IMG/VR virus record: IMGVR_UViG_3300023174_006137
Coordinates: 95,492-159,491 of that record
Strand: one strand, 5' to 3'
Source: a virus
DNA: 64,000 nucleotides
This document shows positions 44,058 through 52,594 of this stretch, in pieces. The notes under the pieces were generated by a model, which ran no database searches, was not told the origin of the DNA, and saw only the letters and a list, made by a program, of their open reading frames with translations. The position numbers and the translations under genes were made by a program. The first letter of the stretch is position 1. Each line of letters starts with the position of its first letter.

Positions 44058-44088
44058 CAAAAGTAAGAAAAAGTTTTTGATTTACAAA
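44058..44088 (-). promoter_or_regulatory. Bacteroidota sigma70-type promoter of tRNA operon 6 (second copy at 44142-44172)
   Basis: TTTG ... TACTTTTG. Confidence 0.7.
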
Positions 44089-44233
44089 ATTTATTTTAAT
44101 TTTCTTTTCTTTTTTATCTTTACTTTCTTTGTTATTTTATACAAAAATACAAAGAAGTTTTGAAATAACAAAATTATTTTTATATTTTTATTTAATGTAT
44201 ATATTATATTTAAAATATGGTTTTTTGCACTTT

Positions 44234-44437
44234 TTAATCTAAAATCTGATTAATTTTTTCTTCTCTTATTATTGCCTTACATTTAAGGCAATATTGTGCT
44301 TCTATAGTTATCTCACCTCTAATGGCTTTTATTTCTATTTCCGAAAATTCATTACCAGTTTTAATAATAGTATTACATTGAGAACATAAAAGTGCACCCC
44401 TTCCACCATTAAATTTAAATTTTGCTTTATTCTTCAT
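44234..44437 (-). CDS. Small Zn-binding phage protein with C-terminal RxxKIxxIL tag
   Basis: KFNGG.GALLCS.C..IIK.G, YC..C; ends REEKINQILD. Confidence 0.6.
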   Translation of the reverse strand: MKNKAKFKFNGGRGALLCSQCNTIIKTGNEFSEIEIKAIRGEITIEAQYCLKCKAIIREEKINQILD

Positions 44438-44666
44438 TAAAAATTTGCTTAATTTTTCTTTCTCGCTCCAAAGAAATCCACCAATCACGATAATTGAGAT
44501 ATTCTTGCAGTAAAAATTCTATTTCAATTTCACAATACTTAACTAATATATAATCACTAGTTAATTCAATATGTTCTAATGTTATACCTTCTATTTCTTT
44601 TTTAGTATAACCCTGAAGTTCAATAATTTCTTGTAGGAAATTAATATGTATATCCTCTTTTGTCAT
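44427..44666 (-). CDS. Hypothetical protein with C-terminal RxxKIxxI tag
   Basis: Ends RERKIKQIFNEE. Confidence 0.55.
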   Translation of the reverse strand: MTKEDIHINFLQEIIELQGYTKKEIEGITLEHIELTSDYILVKYCEIEIEFLLQEYLNYRDWWISLERERKIKQIFNEE

Positions 44667-44713
44667 AGATTTTGTAAAAGATCGGCAACATCATGATATA
44701 TAATAATACTATA

Positions 44714-44884
44714 TTATTTTAATAACTTTAATCTTAATTTTGCCTTATCATATTTTTCTTTTGTTTTCTCATATTCTTCCTTAGATACATTTGCTTTATA
44801 ATTAGCAGAATCTAATCTCTTTTTAAGGAAAACAATATAATCTTCGGTTTCTTTAATTATATCTTTAGTTTTTTTATTTTTCAT
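44714..44884 (-). CDS. 56-aa coiled-coil protein (below ORF-track cut-off)
   Basis: MKNKKTKDIIKETEDYIVFLKKRLDSANYKANVSKEEYEKTKEKYDKAKLRLKLLK. Confidence 0.55.
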   Translation of the reverse strand: MKNKKTKDIIKETEDYIVFLKKRLDSANYKANVSKEEYEKTKEKYDKAKLRLKLLK

Positions 44885-44898
44885 TCTGAATTTTTTTT

Positions 44899-46197
44899 TT
44901 AAATCTCTGATAATTTATTCCAATTATAAATTGTATAAGGATTTTGATAAACATTACCGGAATTAAATAATTTATATTTAACTTTATGTTTGGATAACAA
45001 ATAAGGAAAGGATATTTGATCTTGTATAGAATAAATTGTATTATGAAAAAACCAATCTTTCATTATATTATAATCTTTGTTTTTAACAAGATTCTTAGAG
45101 TAAATAAAAAATCCCATATTAAAAAGATTATTATCAGTAAAATTACTGTCATTAAAATATAATTCAACTTGTTGTCTGATTGGCTCATTTTCATATCTAG
45201 AAATGATATAAGTATTATTTTTTATATTCATCTCATGTTCCATAAAATTTAACTCATCAAATATGCTACCTCTCTCTACATGTTTAAATAAACAAATATC
45301 ACAATCTTCTAACTCATCGACTATTTTATAAAAATCATTTGTTATTATTTCAAGTGGATAGTCAATCCAAACATAATAATCAGCTTCAACATTCATCCAT
45401 TCTAACATTTTAGGAATTTTACCTTTTAATCGTGGATGCAGAGACTTATCTCTTAGTGGAAAGTTACTATTAACATAGCATGCAGTTGTTATTTCATATT
45501 TATTGCTTTTTAGTTGTTCCGGTAGTTTAATTTCGGTATTTATTGCGTTTTTTCCAAAAAAACATGAAGAAATATGAATTCTCTTTTTTTTCTCACATAA
45601 GAAAAACATACACTCCGTCTGTAATTCAGCGTGATAGCCAGCAATAACATTGAATGTATCAGATAAGTAACTATATAGTTCATTAAAGTTCCATTCTCTA
45701 ACATGTGCTAAATTTATAGGTGGTCCATTCTCACAATCTTCATATCCACTAAAATGTTTTAAAACATCTCTATCGGGTGTTGATATAACTAAATATTTAA
45801 AATCCAATTTTGAGATATATTCTAAAAGATTATCAGGATCTATTATATGTTCAATAACATCGCTACAAATTACTAGATCACTTGATATTTTTTCTTCAGG
45901 AAAAAATTTACTAGTTTCTCCACTCAGTAACCATTTTCGATTAGGATACTTCGCATTTAGAAAACTAAAACAAGGCTCTGTTTCAATTCCAACTGTTTCG
46001 TTATCAGAGAAATATTTCATCAATTTGAATGCTGAACCACAACCTATATCAAGAACAGAATTAAAACTATTTTTTTCAACTAAAGTTTTGCAAAAGCTAT
46101 AAACCTCATTTTGTGATCCATCCGTGTAATATATATCATTATGATGTAATGGGTTATTATTAAATAAATAATCTTGTTTTATCTTATATCTTTTCAT
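44899..46197 (-). CDS. Class I SAM methyltransferase fused to a DUF616-like glycosyltransferase
   Basis: VLDIGCGS, DVIEH, ISTP, HVREW; second half YVWID, F.H..R..I..E, DQISFPY. Confidence 0.75.
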   Translation of the reverse strand: MKRYKIKQDYLFNNNPLHHNDIYYTDGSQNEVYSFCKTLVEKNSFNSVLDIGCGSAFKLMKYFSDNETVGIETEPCFSFLNAKYPNRKWLLSGETSKFFPEEKISSDLVICSDVIEHIIDPDNLLEYISKLDFKYLVISTPDRDVLKHFSGYEDCENGPPINLAHVREWNFNELYSYLSDTFNVIAGYHAELQTECMFFLCEKKKRIHISSCFFGKNAINTEIKLPEQLKSNKYEITTACYVNSNFPLRDKSLHPRLKGKIPKMLEWMNVEADYYVWIDYPLEIITNDFYKIVDELEDCDICLFKHVERGSIFDELNFMEHEMNIKNNTYIISRYENEPIRQQVELYFNDSNFTDNNLFNMGFFIYSKNLVKNKDYNIMKDWFFHNTIYSIQDQISFPYLLSKHKVKYKLFNSGNVYQNPYTIYNWNKLSEI

Positions 46198-46229
46198 TTT
46201 AATTTTAATTTATATTGCCTTATTTAGTC

Positions 46230-46877
46230 TTAATCTTCAAAATCATTAGACCAAGGAAGTTCATATTTTAAAGAATTTTTTACATCATTATCTATTATAG
46301 ATTTGAACTCTGGATTTTCTGAACTAGAACTCATTACCGTTCTAATAAATGGTCCTTTCATTCTGAAAACTCTTCCTTCATAATATTTTATTAACCAATC
46401 ATCTCCAAACCAAATTTTTAAATCATCTGGTATTGGATTGTAATTTTGTTTAGTGAGAAATAACATTGTTCCAAATCCTCTATTTCTTACCAAAATTTTT
46501 TCAATATTATATATATCAGATTGTTTAAAACAAGTTTTAGATGCACCAATTATTCCTATTTCATTATTATCCAATAAAAATAAAGCATAATAAAAAGCCA
46601 ATTCATCAACTATAACATCATCATTTAATAAACAAATTTTATTAAATTTTGCATGCTTAACACCAAAATTCCAAGCAGGATTTACAAAAATATTTTCACT
46701 AAATTGATATTCAATAATTTTATTACTTTTATAAGTACAAACATTTTTAGAAGGTTTATTATTTATTATAATAATTTCACCAATAGCATCACACTTATCC
46801 AATTTAGAAATAGATTCAAATATTAAATCTGAAGACCATATTGTAGGAATGACAACGCTAATTTTATAATTATCCAT
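46230..46877 (-). CDS. GT2-family glycosyltransferase
   Basis: ISVVIPT, EIIIINN, AWN.G, LLNDD (DxD-like). Confidence 0.8.
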   Translation of the reverse strand: MDNYKISVVIPTIWSSDLIFESISKLDKCDAIGEIIIINNKPSKNVCTYKSNKIIEYQFSENIFVNPAWNFGVKHAKFNKICLLNDDVIVDELAFYYALFLLDNNEIGIIGASKTCFKQSDIYNIEKILVRNRGFGTMLFLTKQNYNPIPDDLKIWFGDDWLIKYYEGRVFRMKGPFIRTVMSSSSENPEFKSIIDNDVKNSLKYELPWSNDFED

Positions 46878-46910
46878 TTAGTAAATATTTTAATTTTATT
46901 TTCTTAAAAT

Positions 46911-48191
46911 TTAAATTAACTTATTTCTCAATCCCGGCATATAAATCTCCAACAAAGAAATCAATTCCTCTTTAATTTCAGGTTTAATATTTTTTGTTCT
47001 TTCTTTATTAACCAAAGTCATAAACTCAGAAACAACTTTATTAAACTTAAACGATTCAGTATAATTGAAAACGGTTGTTTTAAACCTTTCAATATCAATT
47101 TCATCATCTCCTTCACGACTCATCCATTCTTTAAATCTATTAACAAAACGAGTTATGCCTTTCATATTCTTATCACTCCAAGAACCACCATCAAAATAAT
47201 GACCAATAAACATCAAATAAAATCTCAATTCATCTTGATCATATTCATCAGGGTTAATTGTATTTCCTTTTGATTTAGACATTTTTTCACCACCATTCAA
47301 TATCATACCCTGATGAATTACCTTCTTAAAAGGTTCTTCTTCTGATACAACATCAATATCATACAAAAACATATTAATAAATCTAGCATAAATCAAATGC
47401 ATACAAGAATGTTCATTACCACCTACATACAAATCAACCTGTTTGTATTTATCTTTAGCACACAATTCATTTTCGTTATATGGATCACAATAACGAACAA
47501 AATAAAAACTAGAATCAAAAAAAGTATCAATTGTATCTGTTTCACCTTCAATCGGAATAGGACAACCCCATTTTCGTTGGCGACTAATACACCAATCATG
47601 CTGATTTTCCAACCAATTTCTTTGTGCGTTTATGGTGCTTTCTGGTAAACCACTAATAGGCAAATTATTAATCAATCTATCTTTATAGTCAGTGATTTTA
47701 ACATACCATTGTTCCATTTCTCTTTGCTCTACATCAGTAGAACATCTATCACATTTACCATTTTTAACTTGCTCTCTGGCCAATACAGTTTCACAGCTAT
47801 TACACCAATTTACGATTCCATTTGCTTTGTATATCAAACCACGCTTATACATTTCCAAAAATAACCATTGAGTCCATTTTTGATAAGATGGGTCAGAAGT
47901 AATTAAATATTCAATAAATCCTGTATTCATATTTTTCATTTGAACACGGAATTTATCTATATTTTCGTATGTAATTTCTTTTGGATCTCTACCTACTTTT
48001 TTAGCATAGTTTTCAGCAGGCAACCCAAAGGAATCGAACCCAAAAGGTTGGAATACACTTATACCATTATATCGTTTATAACGACAAAATGAATCCATTA
48101 TTGCATAGTTATACACATGACCGATATGCAACCCATCACCAGATGGGTAAGGAAACATAACAGTTATATACATTTCTTCGTTGTTATACAT
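46911..48191 (-). CDS. leuS: Minimal leucyl-tRNA synthetase (no CP1 editing domain)
   Basis: MFPYPSG..LHIGH, FDSFGLPAEN.A, DWCISRQR.WG.PIP, TF.DSS.YF.RY, YVGG.EH...HL.YARF, KMSKS; only 426 aa. Confidence 0.9.
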   Translation of the reverse strand: MYNNEEMYITVMFPYPSGDGLHIGHVYNYAIMDSFCRYKRYNGISVFQPFGFDSFGLPAENYAKKVGRDPKEITYENIDKFRVQMKNMNTGFIEYLITSDPSYQKWTQWLFLEMYKRGLIYKANGIVNWCNSCETVLAREQVKNGKCDRCSTDVEQREMEQWYVKITDYKDRLINNLPISGLPESTINAQRNWLENQHDWCISRQRKWGCPIPIEGETDTIDTFFDSSFYFVRYCDPYNENELCAKDKYKQVDLYVGGNEHSCMHLIYARFINMFLYDIDVVSEEEPFKKVIHQGMILNGGEKMSKSKGNTINPDEYDQDELRFYLMFIGHYFDGGSWSDKNMKGITRFVNRFKEWMSREGDDEIDIERFKTTVFNYTESFKFNKVVSEFMTLVNKERTKNIKPEIKEELISLLEIYMPGLRNKLI

Positions 48192-48441
48192 AATAAGTAT
48201 ATTTATTAAATGAGTAAATATTACCAGATTTTTCTACTTCACCATCTGAAAAATAATTTTTAAACAAATATTCTTCGGCAAGTTTATAGGTTTCAAAAGA
48301 AGGAGTATATTCTTTTACATCTTCTTTATTTATTATTGTTTTCCAAAAAAACAGATATTTTCGTTGTATATAAAAAGTCTCTACTGCTAATTCATTATTA
48401 TATCTTATAGATTGTTCAGATATTATTCTATATTTTCCCAT
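48184..48441 (-). CDS. Hypothetical phage protein
   Basis: KYRI..FYIQRK.LFFW pattern. Confidence 0.55.
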   Translation of the reverse strand: MGKYRIISEQSIRYNNELAVETFYIQRKYLFFWKTIINKEDVKEYTPSFETYKLAEEYLFKNYFSDGEVEKSGNIYSFNKYTYYV

Positions 48442-48442
48442 T

Positions 48443-48631
48443 TTAATTATTCTTCTTTTTTAATTTAGCATTATCGTACAAACCATGTAATGTATTACAA
48501 TTACCACAAGTTATATAAACTACTTCTATATTTTCATTTGTGTCATCATCAATATCTTTTGATATGTGATATTCAAACATATTATTACAACCACAGTTGC
48601 CACATATAATGTGTAATTTTGCGTGTGCCAT
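48443..48631 (-). CDS. Small Zn-ribbon protein
   Basis: ICGNCG...CGNCNTLH. Confidence 0.6.
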   Translation of the reverse strand: MAHAKLHIICGNCGCNNMFEYHISKDIDDDTNENIEVVYITCGNCNTLHGLYDNAKLKKKNN

Positions 48632-48705
48632 AATTAAATAAAAAATTTTTTGTTTTTGCAAAAATACAAAAAATAATTGTAAAAACAAAAAAAATTAGCA
48701 ATTTG

Positions 48706-49149
48706 CTAATTTTTTTTGTTTAATTCTCTTTCGGTTTGTCGTTTAATATCTTTTTCTTTTAAAGATTCTTTTTTATCATAGGTTTTTTTACCCTTGGCAA
48801 CAGCAATTTTCAATTTAAACTTACCATTAACCAAATATAAACTAATAGGAACAATAGTTATACCATTTACTTTTAAATCTTTTTTAATATCCCTGATTTG
48901 TTTCTTTGTTAAAAGTAATTTTCTATCACGACTTTCTTCGTGATTCATCCACGAAGATTCTTTATGTTTCGCAATATAAATACCTTTAACGAAAATTTCA
49001 TTATTATTATCAACATATACATAAGTATCGTTGATAGAAGCATTACCATCTCTCAATGATTTAACTTCGGATCCTAATAATTTTATACCAGCAACATATT
49101 CTTCTAATATGTTATATTCATAATATGCTTTTTTGTTATTGAAACTCAT
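48706..49149 (-). CDS. smpB: SsrA-binding protein
   Basis: NKKAYYEY, AGI.L.GSEVKSLR, RDRKLLL.K, G.TIVP, AKGKK.YDK...K. Confidence 0.95.
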   Translation of the reverse strand: MSFNNKKAYYEYNILEEYVAGIKLLGSEVKSLRDGNASINDTYVYVDNNNEIFVKGIYIAKHKESSWMNHEESRDRKLLLTKKQIRDIKKDLKVNGITIVPISLYLVNGKFKLKIAVAKGKKTYDKKESLKEKDIKRQTERELNKKN

Positions 49150-49192
49150 AATGCAAAGATAGAGAAAAAAAATCAATTTTCAAATTTTTTGA

Positions 49193-49513
49193 TTAAGAAT
49201 TTCTTTCGATTAAATCAACAAGTTTAGGTTTTTGCAACATACCAATTGCTTTATCAACAATTTCACCGTTTTTATATACCAAAATTGTAGGAATAGAACT
49301 TACACCAAGTTCAACAGCTTTATCTCTATTTTGATCAACATCCATTTTGGCCATTTTAACAGGTGAATTTTGTACCATTAAATCTTTAGATACATCTTCG
49401 TAAATAGGAGTAAGAGCTTTGCAGGGTCCACACCACATCGCTTCCAGTTTTACCAATACCAAACCATCTTTGGTAATTTCATCAAAATTTGTATTGTTTA
49501 ATTCGTGAATCAT
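49193..49513 (-). CDS. trxA: Thioredoxin
   Basis: WCGPC, SIPT. Confidence 0.92.
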   Translation of the reverse strand: MIHELNNTNFDEITKDGLVLVKLEAMWCGPCKALTPIYEDVSKDLMVQNSPVKMAKMDVDQNRDKAVELGVSSIPTILVYKNGEIVDKAIGMLQKPKLVDLIERNS

Positions 49514-49602
49514 AATGTTTATTTGTTTTTTAATTATATATATTTTTTCAAAAAAGTTTATTTTTTGCTACAAGGAACACACCATAATTTAATATATAAA
49601 AT

Positions 49603-50325
49603 ATGGAATACACAAAATTATACACACCGATTGTTTATATTTATGCTTTAATTAATAAAAATGAGCCAGATTTAATTAGATACGTTGGAAAATCTAATAA
49701 ACCAAAAAGAAGATTAAAAGAGCATATGAAAGAAAATTATGGTTATAAAGGAAATTGGATCAAATCATTTGATGCAAAAAATTTATTAGGAATAAAAATA
49801 CTTGCTATTTGTCCAGAAGAAGATTTTCCTTTTTATGAAGCAAAATTTATAAAAGAATATAAATCTGATAAACTAACTAATTCTGATGAAACAGGACATG
49901 GAAACCAAAACAGAAAAAGAGAAATAATAGAATCCGCAGCTAAAAAAATAAGCAAACCAGTTTATCAATTTGATTTGAATGGAAATTTTCTAAATGAATA
50001 CAAATCAGCAAGAGAAGCTGGTAGAAAGTTAAATATATATCATTCTCATATTGTCCGTGCTTGTAATGGTGAATATAAACATTCACAAGGTTTTATTTTT
50101 AGTTATGATAAATTGAAAAAAATTGAAAAAGTCGAAATACCAAATGCAGTAAAAAAACAGGTTGTTGAAATTGACTCAAATGGAAACATAATTAAAATTT
50201 GGAAATCTTTAATGGATTGTAGTAGAGAAACAAAAATTGATAATGGTAATTTAAGTCGTGTATGTACTGGTAAATTAAAAAGTATAAAAGGTAGATTTTT
50301 TAAATTTTTCAAAAGTAATATATAA
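49603..50325 (+). CDS. GIY-YIG homing endonuclease with NUMOD1 repeats
   Basis: YIYAL..IRYVGKS..P.RR..EH; two KPVYQF.L.G....Y.S..EA repeats. Confidence 0.82.
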   Translation: MEYTKLYTPIVYIYALINKNEPDLIRYVGKSNKPKRRLKEHMKENYGYKGNWIKSFDAKNLLGIKILAICPEEDFPFYEAKFIKEYKSDKLTNSDETGHGNQNRKREIIESAAKKISKPVYQFDLNGNFLNEYKSAREAGRKLNIYHSHIVRACNGEYKHSQGFIFSYDKLKKIEKVEIPNAVKKQVVEIDSNGNIIKIWKSLMDCSRETKIDNGNLSRVCTGKLKSIKGRFFKFFKSNI

Positions 50326-50350
50326 TCTTAAGAAAAATTAAAAAACAATT

Positions 50351-50890
50351 ATGTCATTACAAACAATAAAAAAATTTGAAAATTTGGAAAACAGTAAAAT
50401 TGTAACGCCTGTAAAATTAAATACAGGAGAAGTTGAATTGTTAACCGAAAGAATTAAAGATGAATATACTGCGCACTATTATTATACAGCAGCTGCTAAT
50501 TGGTGTCAAAATAAAAATTACAAAAAAGCAGCTAGTTTTTTTAACGAGGAAGCTAAATCTGAACTAGAACATGCTAAAAAATTACAAGATTTTATAACTG
50601 GCTGGAATGTTATGCCACAAGTTCCGCAAACAGAAACAAAACATAATTTCACATCTTTAGTTGATATAATCAATGGTGCATATAAAATGGAATATGGTTT
50701 ATTACAAGAATATAATAAAATCTCAACTACTTTTTTATCATCTAATTTAACCATCTTTGATTTTTTATGTTATTTTAGACAAGTTCAAACTGATTCCACT
50801 ATTGAATATAGTGATTTATTAAATGCTTTAACTTTAATTAATCCAAATAATAATTTTGAATTATTATATTTTGAACAAACATATTTATAA
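50351..50890 (+). CDS. Ferritin
   Basis: E..A.Y.Y, FF..EA..E.EHA.K, E..EY ferroxidase pattern. Confidence 0.82.
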   Translation: MSLQTIKKFENLENSKIVTPVKLNTGEVELLTERIKDEYTAHYYYTAAANWCQNKNYKKAASFFNEEAKSELEHAKKLQDFITGWNVMPQVPQTETKHNFTSLVDIINGAYKMEYGLLQEYNKISTTFLSSNLTIFDFLCYFRQVQTDSTIEYSDLLNALTLINPNNNFELLYFEQTYL

Positions 50891-50891
50891 T

Positions 50892-50919
50892 AAAAAAGCA
50901 CTCTTAAGAGTGCTTTTTT
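50892..50919. terminator. Bidirectional intrinsic terminator
   Basis: A6-GCACTC TTAA GAGTGC-T6. Confidence 0.8.
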
Positions 50920-50920
50920 A

Positions 50921-51535
50921 TTATTTAAAGTATTCATATGTGTCCATATTTTCTTCTAATCTTTTAAATTCTTTTTCTGTATTTTTAACTAAAATTGCTC
51001 TACCATTTTTAATTTGACTTTTAACTGTGCTTAAATTTCTACCTAATGTTTCTGCAATATCTTTATATTGCATTTTTTTAATTTCTCTCATTTCAATAAC
51101 CGTTCTTGTTGGCTCTTTTAATTTTTGAATTTCTTGTAACATTATTTCCGCTTTCTTATTATTTAAACGATGTAAAAATTCATCATTATCTTCTTCCTCT
51201 TGTATAAAATCTTTCATTGTTGTTCCTTCCTCATCAAGTTCATTATCAATTGACATAGTGCGTCTAACTTGTTTTAATTCCTGAAGTGCTAAGTGTCTTG
51301 CTATTGTAAATAACCAAGTTGAAAATTGTGCTTTTCCTTTTTCGTATTGTTCGATTTTTTCAAATGCTTTAATAAAAGCTTCTGTTGCTACATCTTCTGC
51401 AAGATATTCGTCTTGCGTAATTCCGTTAATGTTGTAAACTAATCTTGGATAAAATTTTTCGTAAAAAAATGCGAATGATTCGCCAGTGCGTTCTTTAAAT
51501 AGTAATTCCTGTTGTGAAGTTGATTGTAATGCCAT
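50921..51535 (-). CDS. ECF-type RNA polymerase sigma factor
   Basis: AEDV..EAFIKAF, FSTWLFTIAR, Y.DIAE.LG..L.TVKS.I..GR. Confidence 0.9.
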   Translation of the reverse strand: MALQSTSQQELLFKERTGESFAFFYEKFYPRLVYNINGITQDEYLAEDVATEAFIKAFEKIEQYEKGKAQFSTWLFTIARHLALQELKQVRRTMSIDNELDEEGTTMKDFIQEEEDNDEFLHRLNNKKAEIMLQEIQKLKEPTRTVIEMREIKKMQYKDIAETLGRNLSTVKSQIKNGRAILVKNTEKEFKRLEENMDTYEYFK

Positions 51536-51756
51536 AATTTGCCGTTAATTTTTATTAATTTGCTTTTAATTTTGCTTAAATTGCTCAATTATATATTATA
51601 TAATTAAAGTGTATAAAAGTTTAATTTATTTTAACAAATTTTTAAAAATTTTTATATTTATTTTTTATATAACAAATATAAGAAAAATTTTTTATAAAAA
51701 AAATTTTTTATAAAAAAAATCCCAAAAAGGAAGGACAAAAATTTAATATATATTAT

Positions 51757-51903
51757 ATGAAAAAATGTAATTATAGAAATTGCTTTAATGAAATTTCGGG
51801 CAGGCCTAACAAAAAGTTTTGTTGTATTAGATGTAAAAGAAATGAATTAAAATACAAACAGAGATTAAAAAAGAAAATTAATAAAAATGGGAGTGATATA
51901 TAA
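51757..51903 (+). CDS. Small Zn-finger protein upstream of the GIY-YIG gene
   Basis: MKKCNYRNC..GRPNKKFCC..CK. Confidence 0.5.
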   Translation: MKKCNYRNCFNEISGRPNKKFCCIRCKRNELKYKQRLKKKINKNGSDI

Positions 51904-52594
51904 AACAACAAATTTAATAAATGGCAAAATTTATATTGGAAAAAGAATTTTTAATAAAGATAAATTTATGAGAACTAATTATTATGGAAGTGGTAAATTG
52001 CTCAAACAATCCATAAGTAAATATGGATTGGAAAATTTCGCAAGAGAAATCATTGAGGAAATAGATAATAATTTATTAGGTGAAAGAGAAATTTTTTGGA
52101 TAAAATATCACAATTCAAATAATTTGGAAATTGGTTACAACTTATCTATTGGTGGAAATAGCACCTATGGTAAGAAAGGAAATAAAAAATCAGAAATTAC
52201 TAAACAAAAATTAAGTGTAGCAGTAAAAAATCATTTAAAAAATAATGGACATCCATTTAAAGGAAAAAAGCATAGTAAGGAAAGTATAGAAAAAATGAGT
52301 ATTATAAAGATAGGCAAAAAACTCACTAACGAACAAAAGAAAAATATAGGAAACGGACACAGGGGATTAAAATATAATAAAAAGCCTAAACCACTAAAGG
52401 AAAAAATTGACCAAAGAAAACAAGTAATCCAGAAATCATTAGATGGTCAATTTATAAGAATATGGGAGTCAATAGCAGAAGCAGCAAATTATTATAAATT
52501 TGATAGGTCTTGTATTTCAAGAGCATGTAATAAATCATATAGTAAATATGGTAAAAGCTATGGCTTTATTTGGGAATTTTTAGAAAAGGTATAA
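51887..52594 (+). CDS. GIY-YIG (Seg-like) homing endonuclease, NUMOD3/NUMOD1
   Basis: IYKTTNLINGKIYIG, Y.GSG, GYNL..GG, GKKHS.ES. Confidence 0.88.
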   Translation: MGVIYKTTNLINGKIYIGKRIFNKDKFMRTNYYGSGKLLKQSISKYGLENFAREIIEEIDNNLLGEREIFWIKYHNSNNLEIGYNLSIGGNSTYGKKGNKKSEITKQKLSVAVKNHLKNNGHPFKGKKHSKESIEKMSIIKIGKKLTNEQKKNIGNGHRGLKYNKKPKPLKEKIDQRKQVIQKSLDGQFIRIWESIAEAANYYKFDRSCISRACNKSYSKYGKSYGFIWEFLEKV

